This document shows positions 37,981 to 50,866 of a stretch of DNA of 64,000 bases, in pieces. Numbering within the stretch: the first letter of the stretch is position 1; each line of letters begins with the position of its first letter. Below the pieces are notes generated by a model. It searched no databases. It had not been told where the DNA came from and worked only from the letters and a program-made list of their open reading frames with translations. A program made the translations under genes and the position numbers. Source of the DNA: Lama guanicoe (taxonomy: Eukaryota); assembly GCA_013239625.1 (NCBI GenBank), contig MU053487.1, forward strand, positions 1,073,058 to 1,137,057, in the 5' to 3' direction.

Positions 37981-39364
37981 ATACCTGGGTCTTCATACTT
38001 TCTTCCCCTCCCTTCCATTCTCTGGTGAGATCTGTTTCTGGTATCTGGCTCACACCCATGAATTCACTTCTTCACATCTTCCTGTTAGACTCTCCCTGTG
38101 TACTTGCATTTGCCCTCATCTTATTTGCTTGACTCATAATTGATAGACACTTTTCTCTTTCCTGACCCAGGTGAAACTATTTTGTCATCCTGAGCAGGTT
38201 CAGTATCATAACCTGGCCCTTTCGCGTGCCCCATTCCATGTTGCCAATCCTCTGCAATGAAACCAGAGATCACTTTCTGATTATTTTCAATAATGTTGAG
38301 ATGCACTTAATGGAAAGCCTGACATCTAATTCTGCATTTTTAAAAGACTTTTTCTCTTTAGGTGAGAACCTGTGTATTATGTTGAATTCAGTGAATGCCA
38401 AGTTTGTTGGAAAATAAAAAATGCTGGATACTCTGATAGAAGTAAACAACATCACTATTTCTTTAAAAATAACCTCCTAGCTTGCATATTATAGTTACGG
38501 TTGTTATTGTACAAGCTTTTCCTAACAGTTTAGTTATCAGTCGTTAAAATTTGGTTTTAAAAAATCCACTTTGTTAGCATGCTGTTTAACAAAGAAATAT
38601 GGATTTCATTGCATTTAAATAAGAATATATTTTGAAATTAATAGAGGTATTGATATGCATCATCAACTTTTTTGACATTTGCATTTTGTTCTTTATCGAA
38701 GAACAAAATGAAAATAACTGATGTTTTAACTCACTAGTAATTATTGTTTTTATTTTATTTTTTTGCATGAAACAGGATTAGTGTTGGCACCAAATTGCTT
38801 TCGCAGAGAGAATATTTATTTGACTGTTAAAGAATTTAGGCTAGGCACCCAGACATTTAGCCAGAAATAAACAATCTGGTTCAATTTGGTAACCTTTGTT
38901 TCAACATGGGCAAGGATAGATTGCATGTCGGAGACCCAGTGAGGGGTGGCTGAATAGATTAAACCAGGTATTTTTTTCCACTGGAGTCTAGACCTGAAGA
39001 GTAAAGTACCATCAGCCTACTAATATCTGAGTTGGAAGATGTAGAGCAATCAGTGTTAGGACCCATTAATAAGTGACTAATGAAAGGACATGGCATCTTT
39101 CCCAGTGAGTCTCTCCTGAATCATTTCATAAACATGATGGATTATGTAGATGTTGAATATGTAAGCAAGGTTGAGTGGATGGGCGTTCTTTTTCTGACTA
39201 TGAAGTTCTCCCCGGTCTAGGGCTAAAAGTACAACGGAATACATCCTTTGGGTGGCATTAGAGTTGCTGATAATGGTTTCATTGCACTTGCAAGTCCACC
39301 CCTCCTGTCATCCAGCCCACTCCCTCAGCAGGAGAAGTTCTGCTGGGCAGTCAGTTCCTCCTTA

Positions 39365-39533
39365 GGGGTGAGCCAGCTATGTAATTTTGTGGAAGCCAGT
39401 ACAAAATGCAAACATGGAACTCCTTGTTTAAAAATTACTAGGAATTACAAGACAGTGATAGCAGGTCATTAAACTACATGTGGGGCCCTTCTGACACAGG
39501 ACACAGGTTACATGTCCATGAAGCCATCAGTCC
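39365..39533 (-). mobile_element. MER45A-like hAT-Tip100 element
   Basis: Reverse complement resembles MER45A and the plus-strand copy at 62173-62316. Confidence 0.8.
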
Positions 39534-40384
39534 TATTTATGATCCTGCTTTTAGTACAAACTATATGAAACTGATTTATATTTTCTAATAATCAGCAAAG
39601 AAGCCTCAAGACAGCTGACTTAGCTTGTACAGCTTTTCTGTGTTGTTGTTGTTGAGACTGGATAATTTCTGGTTTCTCTGAGAGGAATAAAGATGACTTT
39701 TCTCAAGACCATACTTGAATCTCTAATCAGGTTCTTCTCTTGAAGCAACACTTTCCAAAAATGTTTTTTAAATTTCAAGACTTTTTGCTCTGTCTAGGAG
39801 GACATTTTGGCTTTTTCATAACAGTTTTTACACAGCTTTTTGCATTTTTTTGTGGGCCCTGAGATGCTAGAGGACTCTGAGATAGCCTGACCTTGGGAAT
39901 CTCATAACTATACACAGATGAGAAAAGATTTCCAGATTTAATTCTCTCTCTCCTTTCAAAAGGAATTCCTCCTCTTTCACAAAGAGACTAAAGTTGCTTT
40001 CTCCAGTCTTTTTTGAAATACACATATTGAGCTCAGTGCAGTATTTTGCTTCTGAGTAGCACCATTCAACACAATTTGTCAGTGCCCTTCCAATCATTAC
40101 TGTGTATTAATTTGGATTAGACAGGAGGTGGCTCTGTGAGCCTTGACTTCCTGCCAGTACAATCAAATGTGAGCTGTGGGAATGGAAAACAAATGTTACT
40201 TTCAAAACCCTAGTGAGGAACGTGTTACTTATAACTTATTTAAAAAGTGAGTTGTGTTTCAGTTAAGTGATTACAAATGTCTTAAGTGGATACAGGTTCT
40301 GAAACGGGCATCCAGTTAAGATTTTGCTCCTTCCTGATCCACGCACAATGCAATTTCAAAACTTCATCTTTCAATGGCCCCATC

Positions 40385-40774
40385 ATTATGGACTGAATTA
40401 TATACCCCTCATAATTCATATGTTGAACCCTAACCACAAATGTGACTGTATTAGGAGATAGGCCTTTAAGAAGGTAATTAAGGTAAATGAAGTCATGAGG
40501 CTGAGGCCAAATTCAATAGCCGACAGGACCACTGTCCTTTTAAGAAGAAGAAAGACCAGAGATCTATCTCTCTCTCTCCAAGCACAAGCAGAGGGAAGGC
40601 CAAGTGAAGACACAGTGAAAAGGCAATTGTCTACAAGCCAGAAAGAGAGCCCTCGCCAAAATCCAACCCTCAGGGCCCTTTGCCCTTGGTTTTCTCTGCT
40701 CTAGAACAGTGAAAAAAATAAATTTATATTGGTTAAGCCACCTAGTCTATGGCTTTTTGTTATGGCAGCCCTAG
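40385..40774 (+). mobile_element. MLT1A-like solo LTR; last ~12 bp displaced to ~41367-41378
   Basis: tatggactgaattatatacccctcataattcatatgttgaa ... ttaagccacctagtctatggctttttgttatggcagccctag. Confidence 0.9.
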
Positions 40775-41362
40775 TGTTTACCAAATTGGTCAGATCCTAG
40801 CCTGGACCAAGGTCCCCTGTCCCAGCCAGGGAGGTTCTTTCTCTGATTGGATTCACACAGCCAATAATAAAACTGATGCCAAGACTGGAACAGCACAGGC
40901 TTTATTCAATGGCCAAAGATTGGAGAAGCAGGACCTAGTTCATGAATCAACTTTCCAACCCAATTTGAGTCAAGGTGCCAAATACATAGGAAAGTCAAGG
41001 TAAAAGGGAGAGGATTGGAACCAGTGGGAGGAGTATTCATGAGTTATCCCAGAACAGGGATGTGATTTGGACCCAGAACTGATGCAGCCCTCCTTTTCAG
41101 TCCTTGTGTGGGCTTTTCTAGTTGTTGTCATGGCAATTGTCAACTGTCATGGCGCTGGTGGATGTGTCATTTAACAGCTAATGCATTGCAGTGAGCGTTT
41201 AATGAGGCTCAAGGTCCACTGGAAGTCAAACCCTCTATCGTCTTGGGACTAGTTGGTTCTAACAGGTTCCTGTTTTTTTCTCTTTGCAGGTTCCTCCTGA
41301 AACTTAGATCAGAGTAATTGGTTTCTATTTGAGAGAGGGGCAGGGGTATGATTCTGGTGACA
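40775..41362 (-). mobile_element. ERV1-type solo LTR, 588 bp
   Basis: TG...CA termini, imperfect terminal inverted repeat (tgtttacca / tggtgaca), 4-bp TSD ctag/ttag, minus-strand AATAAA at 40901-40906, gtaactgtcatggcgctggtgg-like motif of MER4-group LTRs. Confidence 0.8.
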
Positions 41363-41699
41363 TTAGCAGATGAGTACTCAATTTCTGCATTTCATTAATT
41401 TTACAGTGATTCTTCTCTTTAAAATTAACTATTGTGGAAACTTGGGTGCAAGAGAAAATGGTTAAAAAAAAAAAAGACTGGGCAAATTTGTTCTTAAGCC
41501 TTGGCTTGCATTGATGTGCACCATGCTAGATTGAGATCTACAGAATCCACTGTGGATGCACAACCTGTGAGATTACAAGATTTTCTCTTGGTCTGAAAAA
41601 CCTCTCATCCTCCTCTCCCACCATGAATAGGGGGTTAGCTGTGATATATAGTCAGGATGTATAGAGTAGAGTCAGGCTAAATTCCCTTAGTGTTTACTA

Positions 41700-41930
41700 A
41701 TACCATTCTTTAACTGGCTTTCATATTGGAATAATAGTTTTTTGACTTATTTGTTCATGTATCCACCTCTCCTCTCAAAAGAAAACATACCTGAATACAC
41801 TTAAAACCCTTTTAGAGCCAGAAGTATATTCTGTTTGTTTTAGTATACACAATACTTATTCTAGTACCTGGCATATAGGAGCTTTCTAATATATATTTGA
41901 ATGATGAAGTGAGTAAATGAATGAATTATT
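41700..41930 (+). mobile_element. L2 3' end
   Basis: tagtacctggcatataggagctttctaatatatatttgaatgat...aatgaatgaa. Confidence 0.7.
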
Positions 41931-42575
41931 CTCCACTTAAATCTTCCAGAGACATTTCAATACTACCTCTTTGAAACAGACTACAACAATGTGGTGAAGT
42001 ATGTTGAGTTTCAGTAATTTGGTGAAACCACTGTGACATATATTATAGCTCTTGCTGTGAATCCTACTATACTCAATGCTTATGTTTGTGTTACAGCCAC
42101 CACTATAAAATCCCTGAAAATTAGCTTTCCAATGCCCTGGTGATTTATATATTTCATCCATGTTCAAATAATACATTTTTGTTGTTTGGTTAATACTGAC
42201 CTCCTGTCCAACAATTCAGTCTACCAAGCAAAGTCCCTCTCAGTCAAAATCCCATGTTACCACCAAAAAATTTATAGGATGCTGGTGGTTCCTGAAATAA
42301 ATGTCGGTTCTAGGATCTTCTCTCTGTGTCTCTCTCTTCATTTTAAACAGAAAACTCACAAGATGTTGTCAAAGAGAATAGTTAAGTTTCATACAGAAAG
42401 AGCAGTATTGCTATCTACTTGCAAATTATTTTAGGACTAGGACTTCAACATGAATTAACCTCCCTCTTCTTCTTCACTGTGTTACTGTAATGTCCAGCTA
42501 AATTTTGCATTTTTTGCTCCAATTGAATAAATGCTTAGGCTTGTATAGGACTTCCCTCTATATTATTAAGATGTA

Positions 42576-42728
42576 TTTTTTTTAAGTTGAAGTATAGTCA
42601 GTTTACAGTGTGTAATTTCTGGTGTACAGCATAATGTTTCAGTCATACATATACATACATACATTTGTTTTCATATTCTTTTCCATTTTAGTCTACTACA
42701 AGATACTGAATATAGTCCCCTGTGCTAT
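42576..42728 (-). mobile_element. Short 5'-truncated young L1 3'UTR (artiodactyl/camelid type)
   Basis: T-tract, then ttgaagtatagtcagtttacagtgtgtaatttctggtgtacagcata...tacaagatactgaatatagtcccctgtgctat. Confidence 0.85.
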
Positions 42729-43039
42729 TTTTTTTGAAATTCTCTTTATTTATTTCTAATAGTTTTTCAGACAATTCTCATGAGCTCTAGTAGTACACAT
42801 CAACATTTTTTCCATGTTGTATAAATAACCAACTGTCTCTGTAGAGGCACTCATCAAGAACAAACTCTGCTTTGTCACTAAACCCTTATTGCCCATGTGG
42901 AAACATTCTTGGGTGATTTCCCACCAGTTCCCCCAATTCTATCTTCCCTCAAGCATAATTAATGTGCTTATTTTATTTGGGGCCCAGTTGTTCACCGTAG
43001 TTCCTTTTCTCTAAACTAAGCTTTAAAGTAGAGCTTACC

Positions 43040-43215
43040 TGTAGAATACTGCTATCCACATGTAGCTATTTAAATTTAAATTTACATAAAACTTAAAATT
43101 GAGTTTCTTAGTTGACTGGACACAGTTAACGTGACTAGTGCCTACCATATTGAACATTGCAGCTATAGAATATTTCCATCATCACTGAAAGTTTTATTGG
43201 GCAGGTCTGCTTTAG
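43040..43215. mobile_element. MER3/MER33-like hAT-Charlie element
   Basis: ccacatgtagctatttaaatttaaatt ... tagaatatttccatcatcactgaaagttttattgggcag. Confidence 0.8.
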
Positions 43216-43251
43216 AACTTTGATTTCCTAGAGAAGATATTCCTTAAGGAA

Positions 43252-43686
43252 TGTTGTAGTAGAGTATATTAATTTTCAGGGTATTCCTTGCCCCTCCATT
43301 ATACGTCTCATCACGGGATACCCTGCATATAGTGCTAGTCCTTATGAGACAATTATCTATACCTTTGCTCCATTGCCATGAAGCTTGTCCATAAGACTTG
43401 CTTGCCCAGTGAACTATGAACATAAGCAATGTGTGTAATGTCTAAGAGGAAACTTGCATAGCTCGTGTGTATTTCACCATGAGATTTTTTCCATCAGTCA
43501 TGTGACAAGCAGTGTTTGAAAATGGGCCTGTTTTTGTGTCCTTAAGTGAAGGTGACATGGTGTAGAGCTGAACACATGCATAATCAATATTTAATGCGGG
43601 GGAAAAATAACCTTTTAATGTCTCAACTCACTGTTTTTAGTATTATTTATTATCACATATGTACTTGACTTAAGCTGAATGATACA
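43252..43686 (+). mobile_element. Old MaLR solo LTR (MLT1I/J-like)
   Basis: gacttgcttgcccagtgaa, tttcaccatg, end cttaagctgaatgataca. Confidence 0.7.
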
Positions 43687-44814
43687 AATTTGGACTCTCT
43701 TTCAATGTTTTCAAGATGAAACCAGGGATACTAAGTGATTTTCATCAGTGATATTCTGTACAGTACTGGACTGGAAGCCAATGTATCAGGAACAGACAAC
43801 CAAGATACAGTTGACAAGAGGATCACATATTATACTAAGAACAGAAGGTTTGCCCCCTGGGTGAATTGGTTTAGCCATGTGACAGGACAAGAGCTGATAT
43901 TTTTGGAATTCGTTCTATTATCAACTGCCCACTACCTGGGTGATTTTTATCCCTAGGGTGTGAATAGCCCTCAGATGAAGAGCCCTCTCTGTGAAAAGAT
44001 GTGCTTTCTGCAGTCAAGTGACTCTTTTCATTTATTCTAATAACCTCTCTGGTGTCTGCATGGGGGAGGTTTTCCTCTTTATTTGTGGAGTTTTTTTTTT
44101 CATTTCAATACTACCTTTGCATTTTACAGTTATATCAGTAGAGTAATAATAAACATGAATCACAGTAAGGAGTTGAAGAGTTGGAGATAAAATAGGCAGT
44201 AAGTTAATGACTTGCCCAGCCTGAGGAAGAGATGCAGGAAGAAGAGGAAGCTCAGGTTCTCCACTTGATATTTTATTTTATTTTTATTATTTTGTTTTAC
44301 TTTTATACTTGTATTCCTGTATTGACTGAAAGAAGATTAAAAATCATTTTCCTTGTAGATTGAATCCATGGTGACTAAGGTAATGTTCAAAGGAAGAGAG
44401 TTGGCTAAGGAGAGTTAGAGACTCACCCTTGACTCTCTTGCATATCTTAGTCAGTAGAATTTTGAGATCACCAATGATACCAATGATTTGTAAAAATGCA
44501 TTTTTACACAAAAGAAATTTCTGTTATCTCATGTGATTGGAAGAGCACTGGTCCAAGGATAGGATCTCCTGGTGCTGATTCTAACAGCACCTAATGATTG
44601 GGGGAACAGCTCCATCGGCATAACCTCTCTCTGGTATCTATAAAATAAATCCTCTGTGTAGATGAGATCCCTGACTCTAACTTGTGAATAAATTTTACCA
44701 AAGTTATTGGCACCTCTTTAAAAATACATATATCATGCCTAGTTATATTTTTAAAGGAAAAATATGTGTAAGACTTTACACAGAAAGTGTAAAAGTTTAT
44801 TGTATGTTGGAGCA

Positions 44815-45810
44815 ACGTTTCTATAAACCAGTATAATTAAGATAGTTTTCATCTGAACTACATTATTTTAAGTTAAGGTGCTAATTGTTATTACCAAGGA
44901 AACCACTAAGAAAATAGTGCAAAAAAATACAGTTTAAAAAAGGTAAGGAAATAAAAATAAGATCCTAGAAAATACTTATTTAATATAAAAAGGACAGTTG
45001 TGTAGGAATAGAGAAACAAAGGTGTAAGATGTATAGAAAACAGATAGTAAAATGGCAGATGTAAATGTGGCCTTGTAAGCAATTACATTAAATCTAAATG
45101 GATCAGTCATTCCATCTGAATGTAGAGATTGGCAGGATGGCTACAAAAACATGATCCAAATATATTCCACCTACAGATTCACACTTTATATTCTAAGAAA
45201 TAAGCAGGCTAAAAGTGAAAGGATGGAAAAGGTATACCCTGCAAACATCAACCTAGTGAAAGCTGAAGTCACGATATTAACCTTAGACAAAGTCAACTTT
45301 CAGACAAAAATTTTTTATTAGAAAAAAAGGATGATATTTATGATGATAAAAGGGTCAGACAAAAAAGAAGATATATCAATTATAAGCATATATGCACCTA
45401 AAATAGAGCCTTAAATACAAGAAAGGAAACCTGACAGAATTGAAGAAATAAAGTGAACTCAGCAATAGTAGTTGGAGATTTCAATACCCCACTTTTAATA
45501 ATTGATAGAACATTTAGGCAGAAGACCAACAGGGAAATAGAAGACTTGAACAACACAGTAAACAAACTAGACCTACCAGACATCTATAGAAAACCCTATG
45601 AACAACAGCAGAATGCCTGTGCTTCTGTGTAAGAGGGGATGAGATCTATGACCCACTCATTCTTTCAAGTGCACGTGAAGCTTTATGCAGGATAGTCCAT
45701 ATCCTAGGACATAAAAGAAAAAGAAGCCTCAAGAAATTTTAAATTAAAAAATTATATGAAATGTTTTCTCTGACCACAATGAAATTAAATTAGAAATCAG
45801 TAACAGACAG
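44815..45810 (+). mobile_element. L1M fragment covering the ORF2 endonuclease domain
   Basis: attacattaaatctaaatgga (ITLNLNG), atagtagttggagatttcaataccccactt (IVVGDFNTPL), tctgaccacaat (SDHN); frame disrupted. Confidence 0.92.
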
Positions 45811-47119
45811 ATTGGAGATTTGGACCCAGATGACCTAATGAGGAACACATTGCATATGTGATTTTCATGGTCAGTAGGCTCTGAATTCATGTCTAGAATT
45901 GTGCTCCAGGGCTAAACAAAATTGATTGAAGAGAAATACACACTGTCACTTGAATACATCTTTAAATACATAAACACATATAGTACAGGTTTTAACTGAC
46001 TTGACTAATTATAATTAGCTCTGATCACCATAAGATGTGCATTTAAGACATGGAGAAGAATTTCCTGAGTTTGGGTTTTCACTGAATTTTAAATGGCTTC
46101 TGGCTAGTGTTCTAATCAAAATAGATCATTAGCTGTAAGAACTGGATGCCAAATACTCTTCTAACAGTCAGAGGCAGAAGGTACAAAACTTTGTTCAGGA
46201 CAGCTAGTTAGAATTTACAAAGTTGTACACTAAGGGAAAGAGAAAGATAGAAAATAAAAATCTTATCATAATTAAGAGTATGATAGTAATCATGGCTAAA
46301 GTGAATTATTTTGGATTAGGGTCATAAGGATAATGGAGCTAAACACCTTTGGGGGTGGGAGGGAAAGTGTTTAGAATTACATTTTTCCCTAAAGAAAAGT
46401 AACTAGACTCAGTGACATTGTACGACAGACTTATTTTATCTACACAAGTGATAACTGAACAGTTTACATCACTTTTCAGTCCACTTTTGTCATTATCATT
46501 AATGAAAGAGCACACAGTGTTTGAGGGAAGATTTGTTCCTGAGCCTGCACTTTGGGTCTTATCGTCTTAATCCTCAATATTACCCTGTACAGTTAAAAGA
46601 ATTCAAATTAGAAGTAAAGGGAATTGAATTTCTTCAGTGATCTCTTAAATAATGAAGTGTCCCTAAGTTTTGTGCCTCAGTCTTTTTTAGTCTAAGAAAA
46701 ATCTCATATCCTCTCTTAGTGTTCATTCATCTGCCATATTTCTCCAGAATATCATTAGAGAAGATTTTCACTGGTTTCTCCAAACTAAAGAGCACAATTC
46801 CTTCTTGAAATATTTCTAGGCACACTGAAGCCATGTGACTGAATAATGTCTTTCACGTTTGTGAAGTAAACATTTCTCCCTCCCTTTCTAAATCCTTGAG
46901 GCTGTTAAAAATTATATAATATAAAATTTCACTTTAAGATATAAATGGAAACGGTAACTAGTAAAGAATATTAGATCTTGCAGCAGTTTATTCATATATT
47001 CTCATTGTTTTATTTATAGCACATAGAATCTGATTCGACTAACCTTGTCTTTTTATCATTGCCTAGATTTACTAGTGCCCCTTACAGCTTTTGTTTTTCA
47101 TTTTTACTTCTTAAATAAT

Positions 47120-47350
47120 TGTGATAGTTAATACTAACCGAATGGCAATTATGTGGCAGACATTTTTCACATATTATTTCTAATCATCCCCAGAGTCTTG
47201 CTATTTGTATGTTATGGTGTCCACTCAACAGATGAGCGAGCCATATTTCAGAAACGTTAGCCACTTGATTGAAGTGCTGTGGTGAAGGGGAAAGTCAAAA
47301 CTGGGATTCCAACACAGGCTAAACCAAAGTTCTTAGCTTTGCCCACACTC
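47120..47350 (-). mobile_element. MIR SINE
   Basis: atattatttctaatcatccc, ccactcaacagatgag, ctgggattccaacacagg. Confidence 0.65.
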
Positions 47351-47536
47351 CTTGTTGAATGGTGTGCTCCCTTCCAACTTCTCTGAATGCCAGTTGCCAG
47401 TCTGATAATCGTGCTATTGAAATCCCCTTTCTCTGTGAATTTTTTTCTTCATTTCTTTATTTGTTCCTTGAACTCCTTTTTCTGTATAGTTTTTCTTTAA
47501 ATATTCTTCCTCAGATTGAAAGTGTCTTAAAGAAGA

Positions 47537-47830
47537 TGTCTTAGATGGGTTTCTTAGAAAAGATTCTAAGATGAATTTTGTGTGCACATGTTCTGTTAGT
47601 GTTTTTAGGAGACACATTTGCATGGAAGTAAGGAAGGCAGGGATGGCAGAGGGAGTAGCTAAACTGGGGCCTCAGCCGATGCTGAAGCAACTACAGCTAC
47701 AGGTGGACACTCAGAGTTGAATGGGATTGTTGCAAGCGACACTGCTGTGATCAGCAGATGATAGTCACAGAAGATAGAGGGTGGATGTGTCACCCCGCAG
47801 AGGTGATGTGAGTGCAACAGCATAGTACTC
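47537..47830 (-). mobile_element. ERVL LTR16-like fragment
   Basis: tgtcttagatgggtttcttagaaaagattctaagatg...gtaaggaaggcagggatggcagagggag. Confidence 0.7.
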
Positions 47831-47844
47831 CAGACAGAGAAGTC

Positions 47845-48290
47845 AAATACATTGATTCAGTAAACGTTATGAAGGGCTATTATGTACCAGATACTTCTTT
47901 ATGTTTCTGACCTCAGCCATTGTCTCATGAAGCCTGCATTCTCATAGGGGAAGAGACAGGGTGCATAGGTACAGTTGAGTGACCAATACCATTAAAGCAC
48001 TGTACTCCAAGAGCAAAGGCAATTCCAGTCTGTGTAGTGAAGACAGTGCGACTGAGATGTTGATGCCTGAACTGAGCTTTGGTAGGTGAGTAAGAATTTG
48101 CTGAGTGAAAGTCCCTAGTTGATACCTGGATCAAGGTGGCATGCAATGCCAGTTTATTGTGTGTGAATTTTTATGTTTCCATCCCTTGTTCATTACCACA
48201 TACCCTGATTTCTCATGAAATAATATTTGTGTGATATATATTTGGCATAGAGTAGATGTTCAATTCATACTTGTGGAATAAATATGCAAA
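47845..48290. mobile_element. Two L2 fragments in opposite orientation (minus ~47845-48145, plus ~48150-48290)
   Basis: attcagtaaacgttatgaagggctattatgtaccag; ttggcatagagtagatgttcaattcatacttgtggaataaat. Confidence 0.6.
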
Positions 48291-48919
48291 CTTTAAGTTG
48301 ACATGAGAATATCATGTCAACATACAAACCCAAATAACTTTTTTCAGTTTGAAGTGAGTAGGAAATAGAAGTTGGGGGTTAGTAGGAATCGGAAGAAAAG
48401 TTTGATCCCGTCTAACTCCTGGTGTCCCACAGAAGCTAATTACAGCATGTGCAGTGTAACTCAGTTGGCTTTTTATTTTTAATTTAGCAACTCTTATGTG
48501 AATTGTTCTTGTGGAATTAATTAAAGCTATCACATATTCAGTGCCATCTAAGTCTCCATGACTCGGTAAAATAATCAGTGCTAGAATTTAAGAATTAAAA
48601 AAGCATTTTGTTTAGATTTTTATTGGTTGTTTTTGTTTTGTGACAACATATATGTACAGTGTACATGCCCAGTACTTTGGGCATAAGAAAAGAATTAGCA
48701 TTTTCTACTCTAGGTAACTTATCCTTCTTGAATGCAGTAGATTTTAATGAAGTAAATGGGAAGATAATGTGTGGTAAAAATCATGTATTATACACACAAT
48801 GAAGTTGAGTAGAGGGGCAAATAAAAGTTATATGTTGGTTCAGAAAGCAAGAATGTTCTTCACTTGCTCAAGAGTCACCCCCATGCTGGGGAATATTGGT
48901 ATATATGGACAGAGGAGAT

Positions 48920-49240
48920 TGACAGGGTCAAATTTTGGTTGCCTTCAAATGCCTAGTCTAGGGGAGAGGAGTTTTGTCCTTTAGGTAAAGAATAATGATA
49001 CCTGGTTGGGGTGAGGTGATAGTAATATAATTCAAGTGATGCCTTGGAGAGTTTTAGCTGGCAACATTTATCCATGCACATTGGACTCATTTAGAACAAC
49101 AAGGAAGGCGGGAAGAGCAGTTAATAGAAGAAAGCCAGGAAATAGGTGATAAGACCTTGTACAAGCATGATGGCAAAGAAAACTTAAAGGAATATGTAGG
49201 AAGGATATGTAGAGAGGATCTGTTCATAGAGGAATTAGGT
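48920..49240 (-). mobile_element. L2 fragment
   Basis: Purine-rich degenerate match (ggagttttgtccttta, aggaaggcgggaagagcagttaatagaag). Confidence 0.5.
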
Positions 49241-49539
49241 GGAACCTTGAATCAAAAGATACTAAGCTAAAACTAGAGACTACTTTATCACTCAGTGATT
49301 TCATTTAATTATTTAAAAATACACTGGTTCTTTGTATTCTCTTCTTATAGATCCTAGATCCTGCATTTGGTAATTTGTTTGCTTTCTGCTGTTGGGTTTC
49401 AGTGGGGACACAGAAGAGTTGAATCATAATTGATCAAAATAAAATTGTCCAAAGTTCATTTGGCCCTCTTCCTTAATGACTAATTTATTCATCCAACTCT
49501 TATATAATGTTTCTTTACACTCAGTATTCTAGATCAGGA

Positions 49540-49940
49540 ACAAGTAAATAAACACTATAAACAACTATAACTTGCAGCCAAATGAACCACGTGAAAAATT
49601 CTTGCCAGTGGATTATAAACAGAAGTGATTTGTGGGTAGGAGCTAAAGAGGGCATTCTTTCTCCATGTTCTCTTTGATTTCCCAGTTAGGGATGATTCGA
49701 TGATGTCAGGATGACCCTGAAGCCACATTCAGAAGATGGTAGATCCGATAGATGAAAGTAGCTTGCATCCCCAAATGAATGCATGGAGAAGAAACCCCAC
49801 TGCTGTGTATTGACTCTAATGCAAATGAGAAATGGCTAGAGGATGTGTGTGTGTGTGTGTGTGTTTGTTTGTTTTGAACCTCAGAGTTCTAAGTTCTATT
49901 ACTTTTATAGCAGGTGTAATATACTTACCCTGATTAACAC
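49540..49940 (+). mobile_element. Old MaLR LTR (MLT1J-like) containing (TG)n at 49844-49864
   Basis: cttgcagccaaatgaaccacgtga...gaagccacattcagaagatggtaga...cttaccctgattaacaca. Confidence 0.75.
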
Positions 49941-49959
49941 AGCTGTCATTCAGATTTAT

Positions 49960-50860
49960 GACTTGTGAATATAGGTGTTGAATAATATCTTTCACCAAAC
50001 TCTGGAACACAGAGGGTTCAGTTTTTCAGACGTTAGATGACGTCAGATTTAATCACCTAATTTTGATACGGCCGTGGTTCATCAAAAAGTGGATGCCAAT
50101 TTTGGATTTGGATGTGATTCTGACACTCAGAGAAAAAGGTAAAGCTGGAAACATAGTTGTAGGAGTTATTAGCATACATTAAAAGCGAAGCTAGGAGACT
50201 GAATGGTAATACCCAAGAGTTTGTGCGCTAAGAGAAGAGAAATTGCTTAGAATTAATAGGTTAGGAACATGAACAGAGAAGAAATGAAAAGAAGAAAAAA
50301 AATTTTCATCAGCACTGGAGGGAGGCAACAAAATTGTTGGGAGGGAATCCAGGAAAATGGATTGTCTCATGAGGTAGACAGGCTGGGGCGGGGAGGGGTA
50401 GAGCTGCAGACAGGAAGTGACAGCCCATAGCATCAGTATTTGCAGAAAAGTCAAGGACGAATCAGTCCATCTGATTTTACTGCTAGGATGTCATTTGTGT
50501 CCTGACTGTGTGCCCAGTTTGTTCAGGGAAGTCCACATTGATGAATAATTTTTAATAGTTTCCTTTTTAACTCACAATCTGGGTTGGATGATAATATCTA
50601 GTCACATTAGTCATAGGCACAGTTGATAAGAATAGTTTCAGTGGTGATAAAAATGAGTTTGCTGTAGGTGGAGAAGTTCATGGGTGAGAGAGTGAAAATG
50701 AGGAAAATACTTCTTTTCATAAGGTGAACTGGAGAGGTTAAGATGAGCTGAGGTATCTGAGTCAGGAATCAGTGGACGGATTTTTGTCATTTGTTGTTTT
50801 GTTTTCAAGTTAGTAGAAAGCTGAGCATCTTTTGTGTAGAGGGGAGAGAAAAAAGAAAAC
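49960..50860 (-). mobile_element. L2 fragments
   Basis: gtaggagttattagcataca, gggagggaatccaggaaaatgg, tttgcagaaaagtcaagg, aatagtttcagtggtg. Confidence 0.6.
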
Positions 50861-50866
50861 TAAAAC

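Noticed and set aside
44815..45810. Functional endonuclease gene
   Set aside because: L1 endonuclease motifs are present but interrupted by stops and frameshifts.
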